The notes under the pieces are model-generated. The model saw only the letters and a list, made by a program, of their open reading frames with translations, ran no database searches and was not told where the DNA came from. Shown here piece after piece: positions 29,701 to 40,695 of a DNA stretch of 64,000 nucleotides. Origin of the DNA: Candidatus Poribacteria bacterium. GTDB lineage: Bacteria; Poribacteria; WGA-4E; UBA9662. The position numbers and the translations under genes were made by a program. The stretch spans positions 9,278 to 73,277 of the forward strand of contig JAYGDX010000201.1 of NCBI GenBank assembly GCA_046582655.1. The letters run 5' to 3'. Position 1 is the stretch's first letter; the number at the start of each line of letters is the position of its first letter.

Positions 29701-31044
29701 CGTAATAGGACACCAACGCGAAGTTATTAGAAAGTCAAGCACCGCTGTTTCCGACTTAGGGGTATTGATTCGCTTCATTGCTTCCAGAGAATTAGCACAA
29801 ACATAACGATTCTCATCCTTCAGTGCTGATTTTAAATCAGGAACCGCCTCTTCTGCATGTGACCCAAGTCTGGCCAATGCAAGTGATGCATTTCGCCGAA
29901 CCCAATCGTCAGAATCCTGTAAATTGCCGGCTAGCACAGGTACCGCGGCGGAAGATTTTTGACCAACTAGCCCCAATGCATCAGTTGATAATTGACGAAC
30001 AGTTGTATCAGAATCCGTTGCGGCATCGATTAGTACTGAAGTTGCATCTTGCGCTTTCAAACTGATATCACCGAGTGCGTCCGTCACACCGGCACGTACA
30101 TTCGCATTTGTATCTTTGGTAGCTTCAATTAATGCTGGAACAGCCACTTGGTTCATTGAACTCAGCGCATAAGTGACATTTCGACGTACAGTTTTTGACT
30201 CGTTTTGCAGGGTATCAACTAAATTTGGGATTGCCGATTGACCACTTCCACCAAGGGCGTAGGCTGATCGGAGGCAAGTAGACTCGTCTTCGCTTTGAAG
30301 GTTCTCAATAAGCTCACTAATAGATTGCTGACGATCCATTTTTATTGGATTAGGTTCTCCACGATGCCAATTCCATATCTCATGCCACATGGGATAATCA
30401 GGACTGTCTTTGTCGGATAACCATTGATCCGTTTTGTTCTCCCAACTTGGTTTTTCCGGCTCTTCCATGCGTGTAAAGAGAAATTTCATCATGAAACGCT
30501 TTTTATCGTCAGTCAAATTGGGTGTAGCGCGATGCCAGAGGTCATAGTGAATAATAGCAATGGTACCGGCTTCACCATGCAGTTGAACTTCGTTACCATC
30601 AGCAGCTTTGGTGTTATAGTATTGGCTACCTGGAGCCACTGCGGTTGGACCAATTTCGGGTGGTGTGTCCTGAGGATAGTACAAGACCATTGCCCATCTC
30701 GTATGATGATGAAACTTTGCCCAACTGTCTTTATGCATTCCCTGTCCACCACTTTTCGGCGGATTATAATGGCAATGACGATGCGCATGCATCAAGTAAT
30801 TCTCACCCATAATACTAGTTAACGCACCATCAACGTGGGGATGATCAAAAATCTCTTGAATCTCCGGAAGACGAGGCAAAAGATTATTACCCGGATTACC
30901 TTCTTCCTCAAAAACCTGTTCGGTTTTCTCAAAGATCTCCTGATGCAAAGCTGTTGGCAAGTCTGTTTTGAAAACAATATATCCGTTGACAATGAAATTC
31001 TGCATTTGCTCATCAGTAAGTAAAATCGGTTTTTTGGATTTCAT
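29680..31044 (-). CDS. PhyH-family dioxygenase fused to HEAT repeats
   Basis: FIVNGY, HKD, YYPQDT...GPTAVAPGS, HYDLWHRA; about 6 C-terminal HEAT-like repeats (VRRNVTYAL, VRRNASLALARLG). Confidence 0.85.
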   Translation of the reverse strand: MKSKKPILLTDEQMQNFIVNGYIVFKTDLPTALHQEIFEKTEQVFEEEGNPGNNLLPRLPEIQEIFDHPHVDGALTSIMGENYLMHAHRHCHYNPPKSGGQGMHKDSWAKFHHHTRWAMVLYYPQDTPPEIGPTAVAPGSQYYNTKAADGNEVQLHGEAGTIAIIHYDLWHRATPNLTDDKKRFMMKFLFTRMEEPEKPSWENKTDQWLSDKDSPDYPMWHEIWNWHRGEPNPIKMDRQQSISELIENLQSEDESTCLRSAYALGGSGQSAIPNLVDTLQNESKTVRRNVTYALSSMNQVAVPALIEATKDTNANVRAGVTDALGDISLKAQDATSVLIDAATDSDTTVRQLSTDALGLVGQKSSAAVPVLAGNLQDSDDWVRRNASLALARLGSHAEEAVPDLKSALKDENRYVCANSLEAMKRINTPKSETAVLDFLITSRWCPITSKKSTF

Positions 31045-31173
31045 TTTAACTCCTACATTTATTACTTAGTGCTTACCGGATTAGATCAAAAACGAAATAT
31101 AAACATTAAAGGAATGCAAGTATGTAGATTCTTAACCTGTGGCTAATGTCGCTTTTCCTTTGTCCCATCAGAA

Positions 31174-31974
31174 TTATTTGGCGAAAACCCCTTCAGCGAT
31201 GACACTGTCATATCCATCCGGTATTGGAACACTAAAGGTATAAAGAATAATTGCCGGTGTATCTTTAATTGAGATTTCACCACCAAGTTCAATTCCTTGG
31301 GCGATGCCGGGACCACGGGCACTCCAGAGTATTTCCAAGCATTCCGGTTCGTCCCCACCGTGCCCGGTTCCAATTCCTCCGTGATCGGAGATAATCATAA
31401 TCAGGCTGTCTTCGTAAACTCCGGCATTCTTGATTGCATCAATCACCTGACCAATTTCGGCATCATTAATCTCAATTTGCTCGAAATATTTTTCAGAGCC
31501 GTATCCATGTGCATGTCCAGCAGCATCAACCAGATCAAACTGCATAAAAAAGAGATCCGGAACATGTTGGCGGATATAGTCTGCTGCAGAAACTGCAAGT
31601 TCGGGATCCGGCAATGAAACGCGGTGTGCTTCAATCGATTGTTCAATTATATGTAGGTTAATCGGATTCCAACAACTGAATAGAGCACATGTCATGTTAG
31701 GATATGTTTCTTGTAGTACCTTGAGGTAGGAGGGCCATGGAACGTCCTCGGAAATTGGATTTTCACCGTTTATCCCATGTTTTTCTGCCCCTACTCCGTG
31801 TAGGAGTGCTCCCCAATTCTGGTAGCTGGCAGAGGGTAAGACCGCTTGGGCCGAATAGCTAACTACACCATCAGCTACCAAAGCATCGATATTGGGGGTT
31901 TTGCCATCACGTACCGCACTTCCCATGGCACCATCAATACCAATTACAAAAACCCGTTCCGGTTTTATTGACAT
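31174..31974 (-). CDS. Alkaline phosphatase superfamily / type I phosphodiesterase-like protein
   Basis: VIGIDG, PSAS..NW, VDAAGHAHG, ISDHGG..GHGG. Confidence 0.88.
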   Translation of the reverse strand: MSIKPERVFVIGIDGAMGSAVRDGKTPNIDALVADGVVSYSAQAVLPSASYQNWGALLHGVGAEKHGINGENPISEDVPWPSYLKVLQETYPNMTCALFSCWNPINLHIIEQSIEAHRVSLPDPELAVSAADYIRQHVPDLFFMQFDLVDAAGHAHGYGSEKYFEQIEINDAEIGQVIDAIKNAGVYEDSLIMIISDHGGIGTGHGGDEPECLEILWSARGPGIAQGIELGGEISIKDTPAIILYTFSVPIPDGYDSVIAEGVFAK

Positions 31975-32039
31975 AATATTGTCATTTCCTTCAATGGAAC
32001 AACAACTACTGATAGCAATATTATATTGGAATGCCTTTA

Positions 32040-32714
32040 CTATGGCAAAGATTTAATCCTGGCCCAAGTGGTGGTGATTTTCCCTCTTTGATTTACCGCA
32101 AGTCCTTCAACTTGGATCTTGATGTCCTTTTTAGTTGGTAGTCGAACATTCGCTTCCCCTGGATTTTTAGCCTTCACGTTGGAAGTTACAAAAATTGCAT
32201 CCAACATGGTGGCATCTTCCCGCACAGCTATCCGCAAAACGGTTTCTCCTTTTTCCTTGAATTTCCATTCGCGGTTAAATGTCCCGGCATCCAGCCAGTG
32301 ATTAATGCGATCCCAGTGCCACACAGGTCCTTGTTGAACACCCCAACGGAACTGTACATTCTGTGTGGCTTGCGCATCCTCATCTGGATCGGCAGGTTGC
32401 CAAGTCACCCAGAAAGAATCGCTATTGCCATCCCAGGCAATAACGTGTCCCCATAGGGCATACTTTTCTGCTTCAGGTAAATTGATGGTCCATTCAGCCC
32501 AGCCTTTACCTCCACCACCAGTAGCAGGTTTTCCTTCCATCCAAATAAACTTACCGTCGGATGCATCCTTTCCCACGTCATCATCATCAACTATCATGGG
32601 GTCTTGAATCTTTTGTGCCAGTTCCGCTTCCAAAGCGATTTCGATCTCCTTTCCATTGATGGATACGAAGGAGAAAAGGCTAATGATTATGGCAAAAACA
32701 ATTAGTTTTTTCAC
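32040..32714 (-). CDS. Secreted carbohydrate-binding-like beta-sandwich protein with a C-terminal sorting-like motif
   Basis: Signal peptide; LEAE..ASDGKFI..Y.LWG..GNSDSFWV..REDATMLD; C-terminus AVNQRGKITTTWARIK. Confidence 0.7.
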   Translation of the reverse strand: MKKLIVFAIIISLFSFVSINGKEIEIALEAELAQKIQDPMIVDDDDVGKDASDGKFIWMEGKPATGGGGKGWAEWTINLPEAEKYALWGHVIAWDGNSDSFWVTWQPADPDEDAQATQNVQFRWGVQQGPVWHWDRINHWLDAGTFNREWKFKEKGETVLRIAVREDATMLDAIFVTSNVKAKNPGEANVRLPTKKDIKIQVEGLAVNQRGKITTTWARIKSLP

Positions 32715-32748
32715 TGTTTTTCTTCTCTCTATTCTGAAAATTTAGTGT

Positions 32749-32790
32749 GTCTGCGTACCGTTAATTTCGTACAATCAACGGCACACAAAC
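32749..32790 (-). other. 18-bp RNA hairpin between the tandem paralogs
   Basis: Minus strand GUUUGUGUGCCGUUGAUU-GUACGA-AAUUAACGGUACGCAGAC: 18 consecutive pairs, 4 of them G-U. Confidence 0.7.
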
Positions 32791-32801
32791 AAGATGGTAT
32801 G

Positions 32802-33452
32802 CTATCGGTTTTTCATCTGAGCCCAAGTTGATGTTAATTTCCCTTTGACCTCAACGGGAGTAGCGGCATCACTGGCATTAGGGGTGCGTGGTTTAGCTTC
32901 GGCTTCCTCAGCGGATAAATTGTCCGTAATGAATATGACATCCAACATGGTGGCATCTTCCCGCACAGCTAGCCGCAGGGTCGTTTGACCAGTTTGGTTA
33001 AATTTTCATTCACGATCAAACGTGCCGGCATCCAACCAATGATTGATTCGGTCCCAATGCCAGTCGTTTCCTTGTGTCACACCCCAACGGAACTGTACAT
33101 TCTGTGTGGCTTGCGCATCCTCATTCGGATCGGCAGGTTGCCAAGTCACCCAGAGGGAGTCGCTATTGCCATCCCAGGCAAGTACCTTTCCCCATAGGGC
33201 ATAGGTTCCTGCTTTAGGTAAATTGATGATAAACTCAGCCCAGCCCTTGCCGCCACCGCCAGTAGCGGGTTTCCCTTCCATCCAAATAAACTTACCGCCA
33301 GAGGCCTTAGCATCATCAGAAACAATCATCGGAGCCTCAATCTTGTCAGCCTTTTCCGCTTCGATGGCACGGTCCCAGGTTAAACCTGGAATACTAATCA
33401 AGAGCAATGAACAGATAATTGTGCAAATTACCGATACTTTGTTGTTAAACAT
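32802..33452 (-). pseudogene. Paralog of 32040-32714 with an in-frame TGA (33006-33008) where the paralog has Trp
   Basis: RBS ggaggag and ATG 33452. ..DAGTFDRE*KFNQTGQTTLRLAVREDATMLD..PVEVKGKLTSTWAQMKNR* versus the paralog's DAGTFNREWKF. Confidence 0.8.
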
Positions 33453-33792
33453 CAGATTTTCTCCTCCTATTACATTAATGATGAAACTATTGTATGACGG
33501 ACTGTCAAAAATTGCAACTTTGGCTGCTTGCTGAGAAACTGAGCCTTTCAGTCGGTGTTTGTAAGTCAAAAACTTAACTTTGAGTTATTGAACAATGGTG
33601 TTTTTTGTCTTCATTCGGATTTTGGAATGTTGTTATCTCAGGATTCTTTTTGATCATAGTAATGAATGAACATAGAAATTATTTGACGCAGAGAATATTG
33701 GTAGTATATGATGGGCAGACACCACCTAAACCTACACAATATTAATTAGGCATATCACCTTGGTTTATTGCCCCTTTTGTATGGAATAAAAT

Positions 33793-34832
33793 GTGTTAGC
33801 AGCGATATTACGTGACTTCAATAATCTGTTGCTGGAAGATATCCCGATTCCAGATCCGGGGCTCGGTGAAGTCTTAATACAGATTCAATCCTGCGGATTT
33901 TGTGCTACCGACTTCAAGGCGATACGCGGTATCCGTCGCAACGTAAATTTCCCCTTGATTCCTGGGCATGAACCCGCCGGGATTGTGGCGGGTGTGGGAT
34001 CTCACGTCACTCATGTTAAAGAAGGTGATGCCGTAATCATCCAACCAAGCGGATACTGTGGGCTCTGTCAATATTGCCGCATGGGGATGACTCACTACTG
34101 TCAGCAGTCGTATACTACCGGTGGAGATGGCCCCGAAGATGTGCGGCCAGGTAGCTTCGCAGAGTATACGCTAACCGGTGCTAATACCGTGTACCATAAA
34201 CCGGCGTCGATCGATTTCGATGCTGCCTGTCAGACGGAACCGGTCAGTGGAGCATGGAAAGGGATTATACACCAATCTGAAATGCGGGTAGGAGACGATG
34301 TTGTTATCATTGGTACAGGCAGCATTGGAGTCTATTGTTTGATGGTAGCAAAAGCCGCTGGAGCCGGCCGTTTGGTGGCGGTGGATTTGAGTGATTATTC
34401 GCTGTCAACGGCTAAGCGGCTAGGGGCTACTCATACTGTTAATCCTAAGCAAGTGGATGCCAGACAGGCTCTATATACGACATTATGCCGGATGGGCCTG
34501 ATCTGGTAGTTGAAGCCGCTGGTCCCATCGAAGCAGTGAGGTTGATGGTGAGTTTGCTCCGTCGAGGTACCCGGTGGAACGTATTCGGTATCACCACGCC
34601 GGAAGAATTCAAGTTAGATGGCGGTCTGATGCACTTTCTTGAAGCCTGAATGGATGCCAGCTTTGGAACCAATCCGCTGGCTATGCAGCAGGCCATCCGG
34701 TTGATGCAGCGAGATCTTGTGGATCCCGGGCTAGTGATTTCTCATAGGTTTCCGCTATCTGAAATTAACCAAGCCTTAGACGTTATGGCTTCAACTGAGC
34801 GAAACAAGGTGATTATTCATTCGAATACCTAG
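33793..34832 (+). pseudogene. Zn-dependent alcohol dehydrogenase disrupted by a frameshift (~34470) and an in-frame TGA (34647-34649)
   Basis: CATD, PGHE, CGLCQYC..C, GTGSIG. The shifted frame continues IYDIMPDGPDLVVEAAG..HFLEA*MDASFG..ISHRFPL..KVII. Confidence 0.85.
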
Positions 34833-35662
34833 AGATAACAGGAGAATATATCTTACCTACCATAGGATCGGGGTTATGCAGTCGATGATGTTAAGATATG
34901 AAGGGACTGAGTTAAACAACGATGAACAACGTCAGTCTTTGAACCTAAAGAAAAGCTTCGGATTGCCAAACCAATATGATCGCTTTGATCACTGCCCTTT
35001 GAACCTGAGCTTCCCTAATACTAACACATTGCTTGATGCCTTCGGGGATATTCGTCAATTGTCCAACAGATTTGCTAACAGTTTTAAACACTAGATAACC
35101 ATAGCTTTTTAATTAACTCAACACCCTATTTTGCTAATCCTCAATTGGCTGAGGGAAAGGTTTTTCCTGCTTGTGGACTGACGATTGGAATTGAACCCAA
35201 GTTAACCACTTCCAGCCCCTGGATTGTAGACAGTTTAATACATAGCCAAAGATACTCTATTTGTTTGGCACCATTTTTTTTGACTATTATAAGTTTGCAA
35301 AGCTTGGTCGACTATCCCATTGGTGGCAACAATCAGATGACGTTTGGTTTAATTTGAGTCCGACTAAGTAAAGTTTCTGATTCAGGATTAACAAAAATTG
35401 GTGTTGCACTTGAGATTGATTTAGTTTTAAAATTTGCAAGCAACCATTTGCCAGGGGCTTGAATTTGAGCATTCTCTCGAATTCGAATATAAAAAGTCAA
35501 TGATTGTTTCTTCAGCCATAGTGGTTTTGATCTGTTTATTAAATATGAGTTAAAACAGTTCAGATAACAACTCGGTTCGGTTCTAAATATTATGGATACC
35601 ATGATATTGCGCTATAATGTTGATTATTTCCATTATGTTTTCAAGTCTGGAATCACCTTATA

Positions 35663-37405
35663 ATGAACCTATACCTTCGCCTGTTAAGTTATGTTTTGCC
35701 TTATTGGAAGAGTGTGATTATCTCCATTCTGGCCATGTTAGTTGTTTCTGTTGGCAATCTTGTGCCTACCTGGGTTAGCGGAAGAATTGTCATTGACAGG
35801 GTTATTGTACAAGGTGATTTGCGTCAATTACATTGGATTCTTCTGTTCCTGATTGGAATTTATCTGGCTAAGAGTATCGGAGTTATGATTTCAGAATGGC
35901 TTTCGCATGAGATTGCGGAAAAGGTTATCTATGACATCAGGACGCAGGTTTATAGCCATTTGCAGAAGCTTTCATTTCGATTCCACAAGGACAATAGCAC
36001 TGGTGATCTAATGACACGTACGGTGGATGACATAGATGCTATGCGAGATATGCTTGCTCACAGTGCGCATGCAATTATCGTACAGACACTGACATTTATA
36101 GGTATCACAATTTTACTGTTTGTTATGAACTGGCGTTTGGCCATGTTGACATTGTTTCCACTGCCAATTTTGGGGTATCTTATATTTCAATTTGGTGTCA
36201 GGCTTAGATCTATTTCTCGGGATGTTAGGGCAAAGCTCTCGGATATTAACGCTCGTCTGCAAGATAATCTGTCAGGTATTACTGAGATTAAGACTTTTGC
36301 TCGTGAATCTTATGAAGAGAGAAGGTTTGTTAAGATCTGCGCTGATTATCGTAACTCAATCATTCGTGGTGTGCGATTGTGGGCATATATGAGTCCCGCA
36401 GTTCAGTTTGCTTTAGGTACTAGTTGGACCACGATACTATGGTATGGCAGCTGGCAAATTGTACACGGATCTAGTAACATGACGGTTGGACAATTGTTTA
36501 TATTTCTGGGATATCTGTGGCGCTTGTTTATTCCCATTGAGATGGCCAGTCACGAGAATGAGCGTTTACAGAAGGCCTTGGCCGCAGGTGAGCGTATAAT
36601 GGGTTTGCTCGACACAGAGCCTGAAATTAAAGTTTCTCCACGCGCTTGGGTTGGTAAAATCCGAGGTAATATTCGATTCCAAAATGTATTTTTCAAGTAC
36701 ATTGATGAAGAGGTACTGACAGACATAAATCTCCAAATAAGTTCAGGAGAAACGGTGGCTTTGGTCGGTCCTAGCGGGGTTGGTAAAACTACACTCGCCG
36801 GATTGGTACCGAGATTTTATGACGTAACTGTGGGGCAAGTATGTGTTGATAACATCGATGTCAGGGAAATGCAAATTGATGCTCTACGAAGACAGGTTGG
36901 CGTGGTTCCACAGGAAACATTTCTATTTAACACAACAATCCGAGATAACATTGGCTATGGAAAGCCTAGTGCCACACAGGTAGAAATTGAATCGGCCGCT
37001 AAAGCCGCCAACATTTTCGATTTCATCATGGACTTGCCTAACCGCTTCGATACTGTTGTGGGGGAACGTGGCGTCAAGTTGTCTGGAGGTCAAAAGCAAC
37101 GTATTTCAATTGCTCGTGCAATCCTTAAAGATCCTCCAATTCTGATTCTTGATGAGGCTACATCATCCGTTGATACAGAATCGGAAGTGTTGATTCAAGA
37201 GTGTTTAGAGAACCTGCTGAGGGAACGCACAACGTTAACAATAGCCCATCGACTTGCGACTATTAAGCATGCAGACCGAATCATAGTGTTGGATGACCGT
37301 AAGATTGTGGAATTTGGCACACACGGAGAATTATTGTCGAATTCGGGATTATATGCAAGGCTTTATCAAGCACAATTTGGAGAGCAACAGTTAATTACTA
37401 TCTGA
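35663..37405 (+). CDS. ABC transporter, fused permease/ATP-binding (type IV exporter)
   Basis: TMD; GPSGVGKT, LSGGQKQR, ILDEATS, IAHRL. Confidence 0.95.
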   Translation: MNLYLRLLSYVLPYWKSVIISILAMLVVSVGNLVPTWVSGRIVIDRVIVQGDLRQLHWILLFLIGIYLAKSIGVMISEWLSHEIAEKVIYDIRTQVYSHLQKLSFRFHKDNSTGDLMTRTVDDIDAMRDMLAHSAHAIIVQTLTFIGITILLFVMNWRLAMLTLFPLPILGYLIFQFGVRLRSISRDVRAKLSDINARLQDNLSGITEIKTFARESYEERRFVKICADYRNSIIRGVRLWAYMSPAVQFALGTSWTTILWYGSWQIVHGSSNMTVGQLFIFLGYLWRLFIPIEMASHENERLQKALAAGERIMGLLDTEPEIKVSPRAWVGKIRGNIRFQNVFFKYIDEEVLTDINLQISSGETVALVGPSGVGKTTLAGLVPRFYDVTVGQVCVDNIDVREMQIDALRRQVGVVPQETFLFNTTIRDNIGYGKPSATQVEIESAAKAANIFDFIMDLPNRFDTVVGERGVKLSGGQKQRISIARAILKDPPILILDEATSSVDTESEVLIQECLENLLRERTTLTIAHRLATIKHADRIIVLDDRKIVEFGTHGELLSNSGLYARLYQAQFGEQQLITI

Positions 37406-37689
37406 CTTCTGATAGCTCGACTGACCGGCCTGAGGATGGAGCTACTCTATCCTCAACCTAAAAAGCAGGTCAAACTAACACAAACAATGAAAACAGTCAC
37501 TGCAAGCTTTGCTACACTTCTTCCGGAATTCGTACGCGTGACTAGTCGAGTGTTCAGATCGATGCCTGATCGCGATTGGTCCTATCAGGCAGTGTGTTGT
37601 GTTGGTAGATCAGGTTATCCAGCCGATGACGAATATAGTTCCGACAATCGCTATGGTCTCTACTGTAAAATACCGATGAGTTTATCAGT

Positions 37690-38172
37690 TCAGCTATAAT
37701 GCATGTAATAGTGAGTATAAAATAAGGCTTTATAACCAATATCTGTTTTACGATTCAGTCGATTAGAGGTTCGGATAGTAGATATGATACCGGTTAGCGC
37801 GTATACGCCCGAGTAAAGGATGGTGTTTTTCACACCCTCAAGTTGGAGTTGGAGACGATCAAGTTGAGGGGATTTTTTCGGATAGATCACTTTGGATATA
37901 GTCAACCTGTTTTCTTAAGTGACCATCTTCAGTTTTAAGGTGTTCCAGCATTTCTGGGTTGTCCGGATTTGCCCGAATCTGCCCGAATGAGAGTCGGATT
38001 GGTATTCAGGCTGGGCCTTTACTGATTCAAGAATAACAAGCCATGATTGCCCGATCTTTTGTGCGTCCAGTTGTTGCTGCTTAATCCGTCGAGCCACAGC
38101 GCGAGGGGTGATTTTTAGCAATTCAGCCGCTTGATTTGTGGTTAAAAGTTCGATCATGTCCATATTTATCAA
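37690..38172 (-). pseudogene. Excisionase-like HTH (HTH_17) protein, probably interrupted by an in-frame TAA at 37915-37917
   Basis: LLTTNQAAELLKITPRAV..RIK..L.AQKIGQSWLV; ORF 37690-37905 continues in the same frame after TAA plus 3 codons. Confidence 0.55.
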
Positions 38173-38343
38173 AACGATTAAGTCCTGACATCCGTTTCGA
38201 TATCTGAAATTATCAAACTATTAAAATCTAATGGACTTCTGAACTATTCTGCATTGTCAATCTGGTTTGGAGTTGACGCCTATGGAAAACGAAACCTGAT
38301 TACAGTCAGGGATCACATCAGCCACTCATTCTGATGATAACCC

Positions 38344-39312
38344 TTACGCTACCAGGTTCAGCAATTCAAGGAAAGCTGTCATATAGCCGATGGTATAGGC
38401 ACGCCCGCGGTGTTCCCACTCGGTATCATCAATAATATGTGGAACATGATCGGGAATCATAAAACCGTCGAATCCAACATTCTTCAATGTTTTCATCACC
38501 TGAAGCATGTCGCAGTTCCCTTCATTGACAAAACTTTCAGAGAACTTGGGAACAGTACCTTGAACATCCCGAAAGTGAACGTAGAAAATTCTGCTTTGTT
38601 GACCGAAATATTGGATAGCATCCAGTACATCAGGTCCCATTTCAGACCAAGAACCGACGCAAAAATTCAGCCCGTGCATGGGACTATTGCCAATCTCCAT
38701 TCCTCGTTTAAAACCTTCAAAGCTACGGAAAAGACGTGGAATCCCAGCCAGAGATTCTACCGGCGGATCGTCAGGGTGAAGTGCCAGCTTAACATTGGCT
38801 TCCTCGGCAACTGGTAGGATTGCTTCCATATAGTATTCGTAGTATTCCCACATCTCTGCTTCGGTAAAGACCTTCCCATGTGAAAGCGGTGCGTTTTGCA
38901 CCAAGTCATAATCAAAACTGGTAACGCTTGCGCCTCCTCGAGTGGGTGTAGTCCATGAAGTTCGCCAAACACCGTTGGGCATCCAATGGTATCCGAGGAT
39001 TTTGATGCCAGCCCTGCCCATGTTGCGAATTGTGATGGCCATATTCTCAATCTGTTCATCTCTCTCGGGAAGACCAAGCATGATCTTGTCGTAGAAAGAA
39101 ATTGGAACATTTTCTATGGAACCAACCATCAGTCCGGCATCTTCGATCGTCGTTCGCAACCGCAGCAGGTCGATGAACTCCCAGTGACCTTCGCCCGGGA
39201 GTTTCGGATTTGCAATAACTGCCTTCTCTATGCCTAATTGTTTGGTGAAAGTTAGCCACTCTTGGTTCAACTGACTGAACTGGTATAAACCAAGTTGCAT
39301 TTTGGATTTCAT
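38344..39312 (-). CDS. uxuA: Mannonate dehydratase
   Basis: IRNMGRAGI..GYHWMP, LALHPDDPP, GLNFCVGS, YVHFRDV, PDHVP, YTIGYM; RBS ggagggg. Confidence 0.9.
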   Translation of the reverse strand: MKSKMQLGLYQFSQLNQEWLTFTKQLGIEKAVIANPKLPGEGHWEFIDLLRLRTTIEDAGLMVGSIENVPISFYDKIMLGLPERDEQIENMAITIRNMGRAGIKILGYHWMPNGVWRTSWTTPTRGGASVTSFDYDLVQNAPLSHGKVFTEAEMWEYYEYYMEAILPVAEEANVKLALHPDDPPVESLAGIPRLFRSFEGFKRGMEIGNSPMHGLNFCVGSWSEMGPDVLDAIQYFGQQSRIFYVHFRDVQGTVPKFSESFVNEGNCDMLQVMKTLKNVGFDGFMIPDHVPHIIDDTEWEHRGRAYTIGYMTAFLELLNLVA

Positions 39313-39997
39313 AAGGTTCCCCTCCTAACTGGGTTCCACGGTGTTTCCCTTCTGGGAAATTGGAGCCATAAAATGGTGAAACAGAATAAACTCGCCAAGT
39401 CTTCCACTATCTAGATCTCACGCACCCTTCTCAATTTTTAGGGATGATGGTCTTTTGGCGCGGTATCCAGACGATCATTGAACCTGAGACATGATTGTTC
39501 CATGAGAAACACGGTACTAGCTTCATGAACGTGTCGATCGAATCACTGCCAAAGCCGTCAGACGCTGGGACATCAATACCACGACGTTTTGGAATGGTCC
39601 TTGATTGGCAATCTTAGAGAAACATTGATTTGATTGGGGGATGGAGAAAAACGTTGGACAGCACTCCCGTTGTCGATCTCTTCAGCGTAGTCGAGTTGTT
39701 CCTTGGATGAATCCTAATCTGGCATACAAGATATAATCTGTATCATCCATAGAGTAAGGATATCTTTATTAAGAAAAACGATAGATGTAAAATTGGTTCC
39801 TTTCGTATTGGAAGGCAGGGCAAACGGCGCTCGGCTGGAAGATCCGACACCATGTCTACCGACAGCTAGGCAATTTGCAAAAATAATTTCCAGATGATAA
39901 AAAAACTGGTACGTGGTTTTGGTATTTAAGTACAAGCTATCTCCAATCACTCATACCTAGACTTATTTCTCAAATCCAAATTACTATCATTGATAAA

Positions 39998-40459
39998 ATG
40001 AATCAACTAAAAAAAACAATTCAATCGAATCAATGTCGTTGGTGCAAGTGGCAGCGGGAAATCAACCTTCGGTCAAGCATTATCAAATGTCCTTGCTATT
40101 CCCTGCATTGAAATGGATACGATTTTCTAGGAACAAAACTGCAGGAACCTGACGAAGATATGTTCTTTTCAAAGTTATCTTCTGATGAACTTTCGCGTCA
40201 GTCTTGGGCCTTAGATGGTAATTACACTCGTACAATCCCAATCGAATGGGAGAAAACCCAAGTTGTAATTTGGTTGGATTATTCATTATTCGATGAATTT
40301 CTTCATCTTGGATACCATTGGACTGCATTTCCCAAACTTGTTTTGAAGTCACATCATAGAAGGTTAAGCGGTATCTGTACTTCTTGGATCTACCCACCAG
40401 TTCCTTTTCCAGTAAACCCAAATCAATCAATTCTTCAATTTTACAGTGGGTCGCTGTAA
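39998..40459 (+). pseudogene. Degraded P-loop kinase (adenylate-kinase-related/FlaR-like)
   Basis: RINVVGASGSGKSTFGQALS..IEMDTIF* (TAG 40128-40130), a frameshift, then WALDGNYTRT..VIWLDY. Confidence 0.7.
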
Positions 40460-40695
40460 TTTACATTTATCGGCTAGAACTTGCTGTGAAATTGAAATAG
40501 TCCAGCCCGACAAAAGTACCTGATCAGACTTGCGTTGCTTCAATTTCAAGTTGCGATACCTGTCAATCACCAACAGTAGCTTGATATGGTTGCCCTTCAG
40601 CTGAGGGAAAACGTCAGAATCGATAAGATGGTATGGAATAGCACAAAAGAAGAATGGGATTTGGTCTGTTTGGGAGAGGGTGAATGGGGATACAC

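Noticed and set aside
33006..33008. Selenocysteine or genome-wide UGA=Trp recoding
   Set aside because: The paralog has Trp, there is no Cys/redox context, and TGA terminates ordinary genes here (e.g. 6462, 7308, 19182).
34647..34649. In-frame TGA in the ADH gene as Sec
   Set aside because: The gene is already frameshifted upstream and the site is not a Cys motif; a nonsense mutation is simpler.
34850..35640. Short ORFs or an ncRNA in a long AT-rich intergenic region
   Set aside because: No recognisable protein motifs, RBS or stable structure by eye.
37690..38172. Prophage or integrative element
   Set aside because: Only a lone, interrupted excisionase-like HTH; no integrase, att sites or phage genes seen.
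39330..39960. Possible gene remnants (e.g. a VSHG motif) upstream of uxuA
   Set aside because: Too degraded to assign a family.
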